Positions 24,395 through 36,430 of a stretch of 64,000 bases of DNA are shown here, piece by piece. The stretch covers positions 2,108,001-2,172,000 of the forward strand of contig OZ037834.1 of NCBI GenBank assembly GCA_964035575.1. Direction: 5' to 3'. A model generated the notes under the pieces. The model saw nothing but the letters and a program-made list of their open reading frames with translations. It had not been told where the DNA came from and searched no databases. The DNA comes from Rhynchopus sp. YZ270_cl-10 (Eukaryota). How positions within the stretch are numbered: the first letter of the stretch is position 1; each line of letters begins with the position of its first letter. Position numbers and translations under genes: made by a program.

Positions 24395-27300
24395 CATACC
24401 TAGAAAGCGAATATGATATTCGGCCTATATTCGGATCCAAAATTCTTGGGCCATATTCGGCCTATATTCGGATCCGAATATCGTATTCGGATCCGAATAT
24501 AGGCCGAATATGCATATTCGGCCTATATTCGGATCCGAATATAGGCCGAATATCATATTCGCCCTATATTCGGATCCGAATACACAGAATCTAGACTGCA
24601 GAAAGGGTGTGAGTGAGTTTGGATGGGGGTGGGTGGGGACATGAGGTAGCGAAACGCGTGTATTGGGGGGTGGGTGTGGGGGTCTTTTGATGATCGGTGT
24701 CTTTGCAAAAACAAGAGAAGTTGAAAGCACAAAAAGCACTGTTGATGGAAAAGAGGCAATACAGAAAGTATCAAGGCTGTCCTTACAGACGCATGCCAAA
24801 GCGTCCGCCACGTGGGTGTGGACTTAAGATTGAAGTAGTAGTAGGAGTAGTGCAAACAAAGAGGGGTTTTTTTTTGTTTTTTTTTTTTGTTTGCTCATGA
24901 AAAAGCAGCTCGAGATGATACCAGCATTTAGAACACTGGTATCATCTCGAGCTCCTCGGCGAGAGGCTCACAGTCGGAATCTGACGATTCCGACTGCTCC
25001 ACCGCCTCGCCGAGGAGCCCCTTCTTGTCCTGAAGCAATCCAAGGAGCTTGCCGTTCTTCCGCAGCATCAGCTTCTCAATAAACTTTTCCTTAGATAAAT
25101 TCGAGGAGCGTTTATTTTTCATTGCACTTAAGGAAGAAAATAATCCATCAACTGAGGTTACGCTGATCGGGGTTGAAAGCCATCCATGGACGTGTGGCGC
25201 TAAATTCGGGAAGCGTAACCCTCCACTGCCTCTTGGACTCCAGAACTCGAACAGGTCAGTAACATCCTGAAACAAAAGGGCTTCGGCGTTGAGGTACAGG
25301 ATGAATTCGTTCCACACGGTCGGTTCGCGCAAAGCATAGAAAATAGCACCCCATTTCTGCATCTCTGCGTCCTGACACTGTGGCTCCCCTGTCGGCAGGT
25401 CATCATCATCATAGTCCCCGGAGAGGATGACATTGCAGTCAAAGAATATTAACTTCTCAAACCGGTCTCTCGACTTGTACTCGGCCCATGCTGCTGATAA
25501 ACACTCGCGCATATTCGCAGAGTAGTCGCTGTTGGTGAGTACCCTCTGAATCTCTGGAAACCACCAGCTCGCTGCAATTTTGGTGCCGGGATTTTGCACC
25601 TTTCTGAGGAATGGAAGAAGAGGTTCGATATCGTTTGCAAATGCCGACACTTCGCGTACATGATCCTGCCACCTGTCCGTTTTGACAAGTTCAACGAGGG
25701 AGAGGAGAGACTGGTTCTTTTTCTTTCTCCCCATTTCACTATCGAGGAAAGATACCAGGGGTTGATGTCTGTCTCTAATGTGTATAGCAAGGTCGGCCAT
25801 GGCTAACCACCGGGTGTCGCTGGTGAGTGATGGTGTCTTCGGCGATGCCGTATCAACATTCTCAACGTCAACATCGATCGTTTCGCTCAACACCTCCTTT
25901 GCTTTGGCCAGAAGCTCTTCAATATCATCTATTTTCGGCCCCGGAAGCAAACGTTGCATGCCCCTGACACTTTTTTTCTCCACAGCGACTTTCAAACGAA
26001 TCCTGGTGTCTTGTGTGTCCGCCGCCGACTCACGCGCGTTGCTGACAGAAGATTCCTGGAAATTGAGCCAGCGCACTCGTCGGCTTTTACAAGAGAAAAG
26101 CTGACTAAACGCTGTACAAAAAACATATGACAGCTGGTAGTTAATTTTTACGTGTGCTTTCAGTGCCGAATTTGTCACGTGGCCAAAACACCAACTGGCT
26201 TCCTCGTCAGACAACCCTACCACATTTATCGATCCATAATCAGCAACCACGGGAGAATGCGCGATATTAAATTTTTTTCGAGCTGTGTTGATAGCATCCT
26301 TCACATCTCGACCACAGTGGACTTCTCCAGTATCTTTTACGTCCATATGAATGAGGAGGGCTTGGCCTGCAACGAACGCTACAATGCACAATGTCGAAAA
26401 ACCCAGGTGTCTCTGTCCTGCAATAAAAATTTTGGGATAGTGGTCATTTGTTTATTAGCATACCCGATCCATCTATCCCGAGAGGGATTGGTTTCCCTTC
26501 AACCAACTTCAGTAGCACACCCTCGATCTCCTTCACGAACTTCGTGGAGCGGCCCAGGACCGTTTTCCCGGTTGGGAAGTCCTCTCCGAAGAGGGGACGC
26601 ACTGGCAGCGACATAATGTCGGCTTGGCGTTCTGTGAGTCCGCAGACCAGCACAGCCAATGCCCATGTTGTGACAAACGCCGCCAACCCCATCACCGGCG
26701 TCAACACCTGCTGCCGCTTCTCCTTCGTGTCACCAACTGGAGCTGCAGCCTTCTTCTTCTTCTTCTTCTCCCTACGCTCATTATTTTTGTGGCGGTCGCT
26801 TTGGACGTGTACCTTGGCGGTACTACTTTCACCGTGTTGCACCACTCCACGGCAATGTACACAAAAAAGAACTGTGTCGTCTCCCTTTCGCCCTGTTTTC
26901 TTCGCTGCTGCCTTTTCCTCGAAGGGGAGCTCATCAACCTCCATTACCTGAGATTTTTTTGTTATTTGTTACATTTTTTTTATTTTTTATTACTTTGTAT
27001 TCACCCTAGTCACTTTAGCGCCGCCGTAGCAGTGTGGCCCCTCATTTTGTTCTATACTGACCGGTTTTTTAATACATTTTTAGCGATACATACTTCATAA
27101 CACTCTGCAATTGATCGGTCGTACTTCTCCAGCGCGGTTAAACGACCCTGCGCGGTTACCGACGATCCCGCCTTCGCCTCCGCCGACACCTCCTTCAGCT
27201 TCTTCCGAGACTCTATGGTCTCTTTGCGCTTCTCCGCCGGGGTCTTCTCTATCGCGCCGCCTTTCTTGGCTGGTGGCTTGCTTGCAGTCTTTGTAGAAGG

Positions 27301-27852
27301 CTTATTCGTTGCCTTCTTCGCTGATTTTTTCACTCTTTTCTTTGTTTGTGCCCTGGTGGAAGAGGAATCGCTCGCGTCCGTGTTGCTCGAGACAATGGTC
27401 GTCTCGTCGACCTTCCTCTTTCTGCTTTTTGGGCCCATTGATGATATTTTTTTTAGCGTTTAAACTGATAAATTCCTGTTGATAGTGTAGGGGTGCACCG
27501 AAAAGAATTCACCGAAGCACGTCATATATTGTGCAAACCTAAACGCGATAATTTTCGGTGAAAATTCATGGAAAGCCCGCGGGGCTTCGAAATACAAAAG
27601 TGACTTTCTTTCTTCTTTTTTTTTGGACTTTTTTTTCTCTTTTTTTCCCCTTCCCCCCCATTTTTGGATTTTCCGAGCCAATTGCGGAACGTGGTGGGGT
27701 CTATTTCAAAAATATGATACATTCCTGTTGGTGATACGTGTATTCGGGTCATATTCGGCCTATATTCGCCTATATTCGGATCCGAATATAGGGCGAATAC
27801 GCATATTCGGATCCGAATATAGGCCGAATATCATATTCGCTTTCTAGGTATG
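24395..27852 (-). mobile_element. Putatively autonomous hAT-like transposon with CATA...TATG termini and 6-bp TSD CTTAGG
   Basis: TIR CATACCTAGAAAGCGAATATGATATTCGGCCTATATTCGGATCC at both ends; CTTAGG at 24389-24394 and 27853-27858; palindromic subterminal TATTCGGATCCGAATA repeats. Confidence 0.92.
24928..27438 (-). CDS. hAT-like transposase, three exons (27438-27094, 26947-26464, 26417-24928), about 772 aa
   Basis: Introns 26948-27093 and 26418-26463 (GTATG...CAG on the minus strand) join three ORFs in frame; zinc finger 'LFCVHC...HVQSDRHK', 'GIDGS', 'VADYG', 'WCFGH', 'DTRW', 'FW...FPNLA...LSTPISVTSVDGLFS'. Confidence 0.85.
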
Positions 27853-27854
27853 CT

Positions 27855-29047
27855 TAGGGGATACGACTCCAGCCATTTTGGCTTGGACCAAACGCACGGA
27901 AAATTCATTTGGCATTATCTGGCCATCTCCAAGGCAACTGCGGGTGAAAAACACCCTCAGAGTGGGTCACAGGGGGCCTGTGGGTCGAAAAACGACCCAG
28001 AAGCCACCCCAGAATACAAAAAAATGGAAAAAAATAGTGAAAAAACGGCTTTTTTCACGTTTTGGCCACTTTGGGCAAAATAGCGATTTTTCGAGAAAAA
28101 AATCAAAAACCGGGATATTTTTTGACATCACAAAGCCTCCTTTGGCACAAATATACCCCAAAAGTGGCCTGTGAGTCCATTCCAACCTGTTTTGGACATA
28201 TTTGACACTTTTGGAAGTGTTTTTTTGGTGTTTTTAGGTCAAAAAAATGCCCAAGACGTCCCCAAGACATCCCCAAGACACTTTGCACACCCCCTGTTAC
28301 GGTCATATTTTTTTCGTTTTTTTGCCTGAAACCCCCAAAATACCCCTCCCGGACCCCACATAGTCCCGAATATCCATCACACACCCACTCAGAGTGAGTA
28401 GAAGCACCCCAAAAAAAATATTTTTTAAAGCCCTTCAACTTCAACATGGATGCTGCCGAAACTGAAGCACAATTTTAGGGCTTTAAAAAATATTTTTTTT
28501 GGGGTGCTTCTACTCACTCTGAGTGGGTGTGTGATGGATATTCGGGACTATGTGGGGTCCGGGAGGGGTATTTTGGGGGTTTCAGGCAAAAAAAACGAAA
28601 AAAATATGACCGTAACAGGGGGTGTGCAAAGTGTCTTGGGGATGTCTTGGGGACGTCTTGGGCATTTTTTTGACCTAAAAACACCAAAAAAACACTTCCA
28701 AAAGTGTCAAATATGTCCAAAACAGGTTGGAATGGACTCACAGGCCACTTTTGGGGTATATTTGTGCCAAAGGAGGCTTTGTGATGTCAAAAAATATCCC
28801 GGTTTTTGATTTTTTTCTCGAAAAATCGCTATTTTGCCCAAAGTGGCCAAAACGTGAAAAAAGCCGTTTTTTCACTATTTTTTTCCATTTTTTTGTATTC
28901 TGGGGTGGCTTCTGGGTCGTTTTTCGACCCACAGGCCCCCTGTGACCCACTCTGAGGGTGTTTTTCACCCGCAGTTGCCTTGGAGATGACCAGATAATGC
29001 CAAATGAATTTTCCGTGCGCAAAAAATGGCTGGAGTCGTACCCCCTA
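27855..29047. mobile_element. TAGG-type element A, a near-perfect fold-back palindrome of about 1.2 kb
   Basis: TIR TAGGGG(A/G)TACGACTCCAGCCATTTT; arms are mirror copies around a centre at about 28430-28480 (identical ORFs called on both strands). Confidence 0.92.
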
Positions 29048-29654
29048 CCCCCCCCCCCCCCCCCTTAGGGGGTATCTTACACGACGCGGTCCAGAGGCAC
29101 CTGACAAGTGAAATGACATGTCATAAAAGTGACAAGTGAAATGACATGTAAATCACTTGTCATGACAAGTGAACCACTTGTCATGACAAGTGAATCCTTA
29201 GGGTCCCTGTTAACCCTGGATTCTTTTTATTGTTATTTTTTGATTAGGGAGTGGGTTGCGCAAGCAAAGTAAGGCAATGGGGTGGGGAGTGGGGGAAAAA
29301 AAGGAAAAGAAAAGAAAAAAAAAAAAAAGAAAAGTATTGTTTAAAGTGACGTAAGGACACGACTATGCGGTTCACTAACCCTGTTAATACCCCCTACCCA
29401 TATTACCAGGGTTATAACCATCCCGTTTGAGGCATCAAACGATTTTTTTTTTTTGATTATGATAGCATTGCTCTCATTCAATTGTCACAGCGTCGTCGCC
29501 TTCGTCGTCTTCGTCGTCATCCTCTTCTTCCGAGGCGTCGTTCTGCCTCGCGTCTTCGGGTGCGACCAACTTGATTTCCTTTTCATTGAATATGAAACTA
29601 TACCCTGTGCACCACCTATCCACCGACAGATTTTTTGATTTTTTGATTTTATTC

Positions 29655-31214
29655 CACAGTTAAATAAAGTATACGAAGGATTTGGCACTTTTAGCGTGAT
29701 TCTTTTTAATGATAATTTCACGCCGTGTTTTTTTCACAAATAAAAACCACGCTAATTGAACTTTATTTCACGCGTTTTCACTTTTTTTCACTGCAATTCC
29801 TTAGGAGCGTGATTTTATTTTTGTTTTTTTCACGCCAAAACAGGGGTTTTTTTTGGCGATAACTTCACGCTAAATTTTGGTATATCCTGCACCACCACCC
29901 GCCTAAAAATTGAAAATTTCGAATTTTTTTTGCACTTTTCCCATTTTTTTTTGACACACGCAACATGCCGAAGGATCTAAGACGCAAACGGTCCTCCGAC
30001 AAGAGATGGACGAGCGCTACAGTGGTTTTGCTGAAGGACTGGCATCGTCGACACCGTACATCCGTGAATGGGACCGCTTTTTAAGGAATTCATTGGCAAG
30101 CCCAACGGTAAGCCCACGGAAGCCGACTTTGTTTTGTGCATAGTGCATCTCCGTGACGATCTCACGTACAAATCGTCGTCGTAATGGACAGCGTTCAGTA
30201 AGCTGAGCAGCATATTGGCGAGGAAGTATGGGGTGCAACTGCAAGACCAGTTTGCGCAGGCTCGTGTGTCTCTTGAAACAAAACCAGACCGGCTACCGAC
30301 ACGACAGTCCAAGGCACTCCGCACTTACGAAACAAGAAATCGACTCCTTCATTACCTATGAAGGCGGAGGACACACCACCCCCTTACTTCATTGTGAGGA
30401 AGGCGGTGGCTGGCATGATATTCTGTGATGGGCGGGGATCTTCTGAATGTCTCGCTCTTGCACGATAGCCATTTCCCGACCTCCGCTAGCACCCGAGGGG
30501 ACCCTGAGGGTGGGGAGACGTCGGGATGTAGCTTTGTGTACCTTTGAGGCAGCTTTCAGAACCCGACCACACGCTACACGCTATGCGTGGGCTAAATAGG
30601 CTACACGCTGTATGCGCTACACGCAAAATGCTGTTGTGTATCAAAACGTGGGTTGCGTGTACTGCATGGGGTCACCTGTGCACCACCCTGTGTGGCTCAC
30701 ACATGGTTATGACACCCCGAAAACGTGTATCCCACCCCACATATAAGGGTAGGCCCAGTTTATCGGGTTTTTGCAGGTTTCCCCGCAGGAGGGTAACAGG
30801 TCTGGAGGGACCCTTCAGCCTTTTTTAGCCTCCCTCCAGCCCCCTCAGGTTTGCCAGCCCCCCCAGCGGGAGTCCCGCTATCCTAGCTAGGGGTCCGTGG
30901 GATTCCCGGTAGCGCTGGCGGGAGGGTAAGGAAAGCTACCTGGAGGGACACATACTCGTTAGTTATTGCACAATAAATGAGTCACGCTAAAAGTGCCAAA
31001 TCCTTTCGTATACTTTATTTAACGTGAAATAAAATTACGTATTCAACGCCTTTTAGCGAATTTTTTTGCGATACTTCACTTATTTTTTTCCCAGGCTCGT
31101 GGATTCAATTTGCCTCGCTTCGCTCGGCAAATTAACTACCACTCGCCTGGGAAAAAAATGCGTGAAGTTATCGCAAAAAAAAACCACGCTAAAAGGCGTT
31201 GAATAAATAGTTAT
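29655..31214 (+). mobile_element. Crypton-like element: inverted subterminal repeats and a terminal bulged hairpin
   Basis: About 29659-29699 is the reverse complement of about 30983-31023; hairpin 31041-31204 has a CCTCGCTTCGCTCGG apex and is followed by AAATAGTTAT. Confidence 0.55.
29965..30470 (+). pseudogene. Decayed Crypton-like tyrosine recombinase, N-terminal part
   Basis: Stitched frames give 'YIREWDRF', 'YKSSS*WTAFSKLSSIL', 'KQNQTGY...SALTKQEIDSFI', 'YFIVRKAVAGMIFCDGRGSSE', which from memory resemble eukaryotic Crypton recombinases up to the first catalytic Arg; stops and frameshifts are present. Confidence 0.55.
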
Positions 31215-33015
31215 TTTTGCTTTTAAAAATGAACAAGATAAAACAAAAAGCTTGCGTTTCTTTTATCGAACAGGTTTTATTCTCCGCCCCGTACCCAAAA
31301 CATAAACACCACTGTGAATCAGAAAAAATATTTTCCCTTTTCTTTTTTCTTCCACACACGCTTGTTTTTGTGCTTCGTTCATTTTTTATTAAAAAAGCTT
31401 TGTTTCGAGTGCGAAACGTTTCTCCATGTATTGCACGGGAAACAACATGACAAACAGGTGCAGGGTGGTTCCGTGCTTACCATAGAACCTGGCACCTTGT
31501 GTGTCTCCCAAAAACCAAAAAAGCGTTGTGTGTGAAGTTTTGAAGGAAGGAAAAATAAAACATCACCTTTTGTTGTCTTTTACATTTCAAATTTTTTTAA
31601 AAAATGAAGCGTCAGTCCGTGAGTGAGAGCCCTTCGCAAAAGTCCTTACGTCACTTTAACCATACTTTTCTTTACCGTTCCCCAGTCCCCACCCCATTTC
31701 CTTACGTTGCCTGCACAACCCACTCCCTAATCAATAAAAGAAAACCATCAGATAGCCGCCACTACCCACATCAGGCTAAAAAAGAAAGAGATAAAAAGTA
31801 CATCATTTTACATTTTTTTACTTCATTTCATGTAGGAATAAATGAAATCATGAGCTCACAGGCATTCCTCAGGTAAATCACTTGTCATGACAAGTGATTC
31901 ACTTGTCATGACAAGTGGTTCACTTGTCATGACAAGTGAGTCACTTGTCATGACAAGTGACCACTTGTCATACATTTCACTTGTCATTTCACTTGTCACC
32001 ATGACAAGTGAAATTGGTCCTGGACCGCGTCGTGTAAGGGGGTGAAATGGCCAAAAAATCGAACTTTTTCGCCTGGGTGCCAAAAAAGGCACCAAACCAG
32101 AAAATATGTCCCTTGAGACCCCAAAAATCGAATTCCGCCCGGTTTTGAGCACTTTTGACCACTTCTGACCGACTTTTTTGCATTTTTTAAAAAGTGACCA
32201 CCAACTTGTACCTGCCCACCCCCCCGTAGGTAGAGCAACTCACATATCCATCAGCCTCAGTGTTAGCCAGGGGCCAGAAAAGCCCCCAAAGCCACATATT
32301 TCCACCCCAGAACCTATCCCGAGGGGTACCCAGGTGGTTTCGGGGTGTTTAGGGGACTTCGTGGAACTTAGAACCATGTTTCAAAAAGGGTACAAGGACG
32401 TGGTCCCTTGGGAGGGCAAGCCCTTGGTACGAGTTGCTGGACACTTTTTGAAACATGGTTCTAAGTTCCACGAAGTCCCCTAAACACCCCGAAACCACCT
32501 GGGTACCCCTCGGGATAGGTTCTGGGGTGGAAATATGTGGCTTTGGGGGCTTTTCTGGCCCCTGGCTCACACTGAGGCGTGATGGATATGTGAGTTGCTC
32601 AACCTACGGGGGGTGGGCAGGTACAAGTACTGTAGGCGCTTTTTTAAAATTGCATTTCAGGCATCATATGAGTGTTTCTGTGTCAAAACTGGGGCGCTGG
32701 TGCGTTTTTTGGGTCCCCTAGGTGGTTTGGTATGGTTTTCGGGGACTTCTGAGGTTCTGATGATCAAAATCGGAAAAATTGCATATCGAGTACAGTGACC
32801 GGGGGGTGGGCAGGTACAAGTTGGTGGTCACTTTTTAAAAAATGCAAAAAAGTCGCTCAGAAGTGGTCAAAAGTGCTCAAAACCGGGCGGAATTCGATTT
32901 TTGGGGTCCAAATGGGCCTATGGTGTGGTTTTTTTGACCTCAGGGGGAGTTTCCCAATTTATTGCCTACTTCACGTTTTTTGACAGCTTAAGATACCCCC
33001 TACCCCCCCCCTAGG

Positions 33016-33887
33016 CATAGGTGCCCGCCGAGTCGTTTTTGGGCGAGTTGTCGGAACTTTACGATTTCACCTAACAACTCGCCCAAAAACTCGGACAACT
33101 CGGCCACAACTCGCCCTATACTCGGCACAACTCGCCCTATACTCGGCACAACTCGGCCACAACTCGGCCACAACTCGCCCATTTTTACAGGCAAAAACAT
33201 ACAGGGATGGGAGGTGACGTTGTAAGGTTACACACATGTAACGTTGGTACAACACATAATCTCAAGAAAAACAACCAGGGCTAAGGCCAAACGCCACTCA
33301 TTACATGCACCTTGTCATATGACTAGTCATAGGTGGTAACTAGGTCGTGGTGGTCCATGGGCCACCGTGCACACTCACGGTTTTTGGTAATTGCTGGGGG
33401 GAATGGGATATACTCCGTACATGGATACCCACACAGAACACACGGTTCCCCAGACATCTGTCAGGCAATCACTGATTCACTTCACACAGGTCGGGCAGGC
33501 GCTGCCTGCCCATCCTCTTTTCCTGTCTGCTATCGATTCCAGGTTCATAATGTTCACACGTTTAGTCAAAATGCTTTGGGCGACGACTTCCTTTGGGATA
33601 CACAAAACCACACAAAGCGCACATTCACAGACCAGCTGTGAAGCGTGGGATGCACAAGATAAAACGTGATGTGGTGTACCTGTGTACCTGTGTACCTGTG
33701 TACCTGTGTACCTGTGTACCTGTGTACCTGTGTACCTGTGTACCTGTGTACCTGTGTACCTGTGTACCTGTGTTTTTGTAGCCATAAAAAATCCCAAAAA
33801 AAAAACAACTCGCCCAAAAAAAATGGGCGAGTTGTTGGCCGAATTTGGGCGAGTTGCCGAGTTGTTTTAACTCGCCGGGCACCTATG
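33016..33887. mobile_element. Non-autonomous CATA...TATG element, 6-bp TSD CCTAGG
   Basis: TIR CATAGGTGCCCG(C/G)CGAGT; CCTAGG at 33010-33015 and 33888-33893; ACAACTCG subterminal repeats. Confidence 0.9.
33675..33772 (+). repeat. (TGTACCTG)n microsatellite
   Basis: Directly visible, about 12 units. Confidence 0.97.
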
Positions 33888-33889
33888 CC

Positions 33890-35528
33890 TAGGGGGGTCC
33901 GTCCGGCCGTTTTTGCTGTCCCAAACCACTTTTTTTTGTAAAAACCCGCGAAAAACCCGAAAAAACACCCCAAAAGACCCCCAAACCCCCAAAAAATCAC
34001 CCAAAACCACGAAAAACACACTTTTGAGCACTATTTCGTACTTTTTTCTGATTTTTTGGTGTTTTTTTCCGCTTTTTCCGCCTTTTTCCATGTAATTATA
34101 CCCCCTAATATGCCTATAGAATCCCTGTACTGCTCACTGAGACAGCATAGCGACCAGAGGCTCCTTATTCATCGTACCGGTGTCTTCATCGTCAAGGGGT
34201 GCACAATCTGCCGCAAATTCCCGCAACTCTGTCTTTGTGAAAAGATGAAGCAATTTAGTGTTGTACTTTTCAAGTTGCTACTTCTGGGTACTTTGCATGG
34301 ACCTGCCTTTGTGGTGCGCTTGGTGTATCCTGCGGCAAGTTCTTCCCTTGAGAAAGACGGAACCCAACCTAGACTGTAGAGGATGTCTAGGTTCCAGCGA
34401 CAGTGAGTCGGTGTTGTCGGGGTGCTGGCTCCTTCCGTGGTGGCTTGCAACTTGGTCAAGGACACCGACAACGGATTCGCAAGAATCATTGGTCATAGGA
34501 GGAGGCAAGGAAGGCTTTACTGCACTTAGGCACAGGGTACGTTGTCATTTTCAGGGACCAAAAAGCCCTGGCAAGTGTTGCAAGTACGATTTTCCACAGC
34601 TCGGGAGGTCTGTCAGGCAATTCAGAGGGATTTAGACACTTCTGCGACTGCCTGAACACGCCTTTTAGGGTTTTTATTTTGGGTGCGAAATACGTCAAAA
34701 GGATGGGGGGAAATACCGTTATTTTAAGCGTTGCAGACACAAAAACACCCTCAAAAACCCCCTAGGGACCCCAAAAAGCTGCAAAATCCACACATTTCCA
34801 CCTCGGGACCTCATTGGAGGTGGGCCGAGGTGGTTTTTTGGTGTTTTGAATGAATTGGTATTATTTTTTTTTGGTAAATAAATGGTCTTCTGCTAGGCGT
34901 TGCATAGCCGTTGCTTAAGTGTTGCATAAGTGTTGCATGGCCTATAAAACCCTCCCAAGTGCCCAAAATGCTATTTTTCACCCTACATGGGGTCTGGGGG
35001 ACATTTTCCTGGGTGTTTGGAAACCATTCCGACTACCTTGGCACTTTTTTGGGGGTTTTCAGGTACAAAAAAAGTCAAAAAAGTGACTATAAAAAGGGTA
35101 CTTTTAAGCGTTTGGGGCACACACACCCACTGCAAAATGCATCTGGTACTCACACAGGACCCCTAAAAGCTGTAAAAACTATATATTTCCACCCTGGGAC
35201 CCCACCGGATGTGGACTGGGGTGTTTTTCGGGTGTTTAGAAGGATTTTTGTCTGATTGGAGAATTTTTTTGGTAAGTGTTGCATTTTGGCCCATGTTGAT
35301 GACGATTTGATGACGCTATTTTTGGAGATTTTTCACAAAAAACCGATTTTTTTTAATCAGGAAAGTCTCTGTAGAGGTTGTCAGGTGGTTTAATGGGATA
35401 TTTTCGTGATCCCCAGGGCGATTTGCGGCCAGGTACGACCTTTTTAGTGGGTTTCTTCACCTAAATTTCAAAAAAATGGGTTTGGGACAGCAAATCCTTA
35501 AGGAATTCCTTCTACGTGGACCCCCCTA
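33890..35528. mobile_element. TAGG-type element C
   Basis: 11-bp TIR TAGGGGGGTCC / GGACCCCCCTA, bounded by C-runs. Confidence 0.7.
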
Positions 35529-35738
35529 TACCCCCCCCCCCCTAGGCATACTTGTCCCCCCAATATGGGGAGGCCCTATTCCCCCATATTTTGGTACCCT
35601 ACACTTTTGTGGCAAATATGGGGGAAATATGGGGGGAATACAGCAGGAATACTGCACAAATATGGGGGAATATGGGGGATTATGGGGGAATATGGGGGAA
35701 TATGGGGGAAATATGGGGGTGTTTTCCTATTGTTTTCC

Positions 35739-36017
35739 TAGTGTACTATAGTGTACTGGTGTACTAGTGTACTAGTGGTACTAGTGTACTAGTGTACTAG
35801 TGTACTAGTGTACTAGTGTACTAGTGTACTAGTGTACTAGTGTACTAGTGTACTAGTGTACTAGTGTACTAGTGTACTAGTGTACTAGTGTACTAGTGTA
35901 CTAGTGTACTAGTGTACTAGTGTACTAGTGTACTAGTGTACTAGTGTACTAGTGTACTAGTGTACTAGTGTACTAGTGTACTAGTGTACTAGTGTACTAG
36001 TGTACTAGTGTGCTAGT
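35739..36017 (+). repeat. (TAGTGTAC)n microsatellite
   Basis: Directly visible. Confidence 0.97.
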
Positions 36018-36332
36018 AAGTGGGCTATAGGTCAAACGCAGGGGCAATGCTAACCCGTCTGTGTCGAGGGCCTTATCGATGGCACCGGAAGGCTCGATGT
36101 CGTGAAGCTTTGTGTTGAAACCATCTGGGCGGTTAGGCCTGTTGATGCCTGACACCGGTGGCAAAACAGGGGAGTCTGACAGGAACTCATAATGTTACCC
36201 TTCTTTCTGCCCATACCAAAACGTCAGCAGGTTTGCCCTTCTTATAGGGACTTACAACCATGTAATCCTCATGCGTCAGATAAACGTCGAAAATTGTGTT
36301 GGAGGGGTGGGTAGGTAAGTAACGTACAGAAG

Positions 36333-36430
36333 CAGTACACCAGTACACCAGTACACCACCAGTACACCAGTACACCAGTACACCAGTACACCAGTACACC
36401 AGTACACCAGTACACCAGTACACCAGTACA
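36333..36430 (+). repeat. (CAGTACAC)n microsatellite
   Basis: Directly visible. Confidence 0.96.

Larger units (their letters stand above)
29080..32034. mobile_element. CAC-terminated (CACTA/EnSpm-like) non-autonomous element, 2-bp TSD TA
   Basis: 15-bp TIR CACGACGCGGTCCAG; TA at 29078-29079 and 32035-32036; palindromic subterminal CACTTGTCATGACAAGTG repeats at both ends. Confidence 0.85.
29066..33002. mobile_element. TAGG-type element B (related internally to element E) carrying nested insertions
   Basis: TIR TAGGGGGTATCTTAAG is restored once the 29080-32034 insert is removed; about 32120-33000 is homologous to 16645-17800 and holds an internal palindrome centred near 32415. Confidence 0.85.

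Noticed and set aside
26391..27093. Transposase as a frameshifted pseudogene or a programmed frameshift
   Set aside because: Canonical GT-AG introns restore the frame at both breaks.
27850..29022. Duplicated small ORFs on both strands
   Set aside because: Consequence of the palindrome; no coding signal.
34130..34650. Coding-like filler inside element C
   Set aside because: No frame gave a recognisable motif; left unannotated.
35739..36017. Microsatellites as interstitial telomeres
   Set aside because: Five different units, none TTAGGG-like; the organism's telomere repeat cannot be determined from this window.
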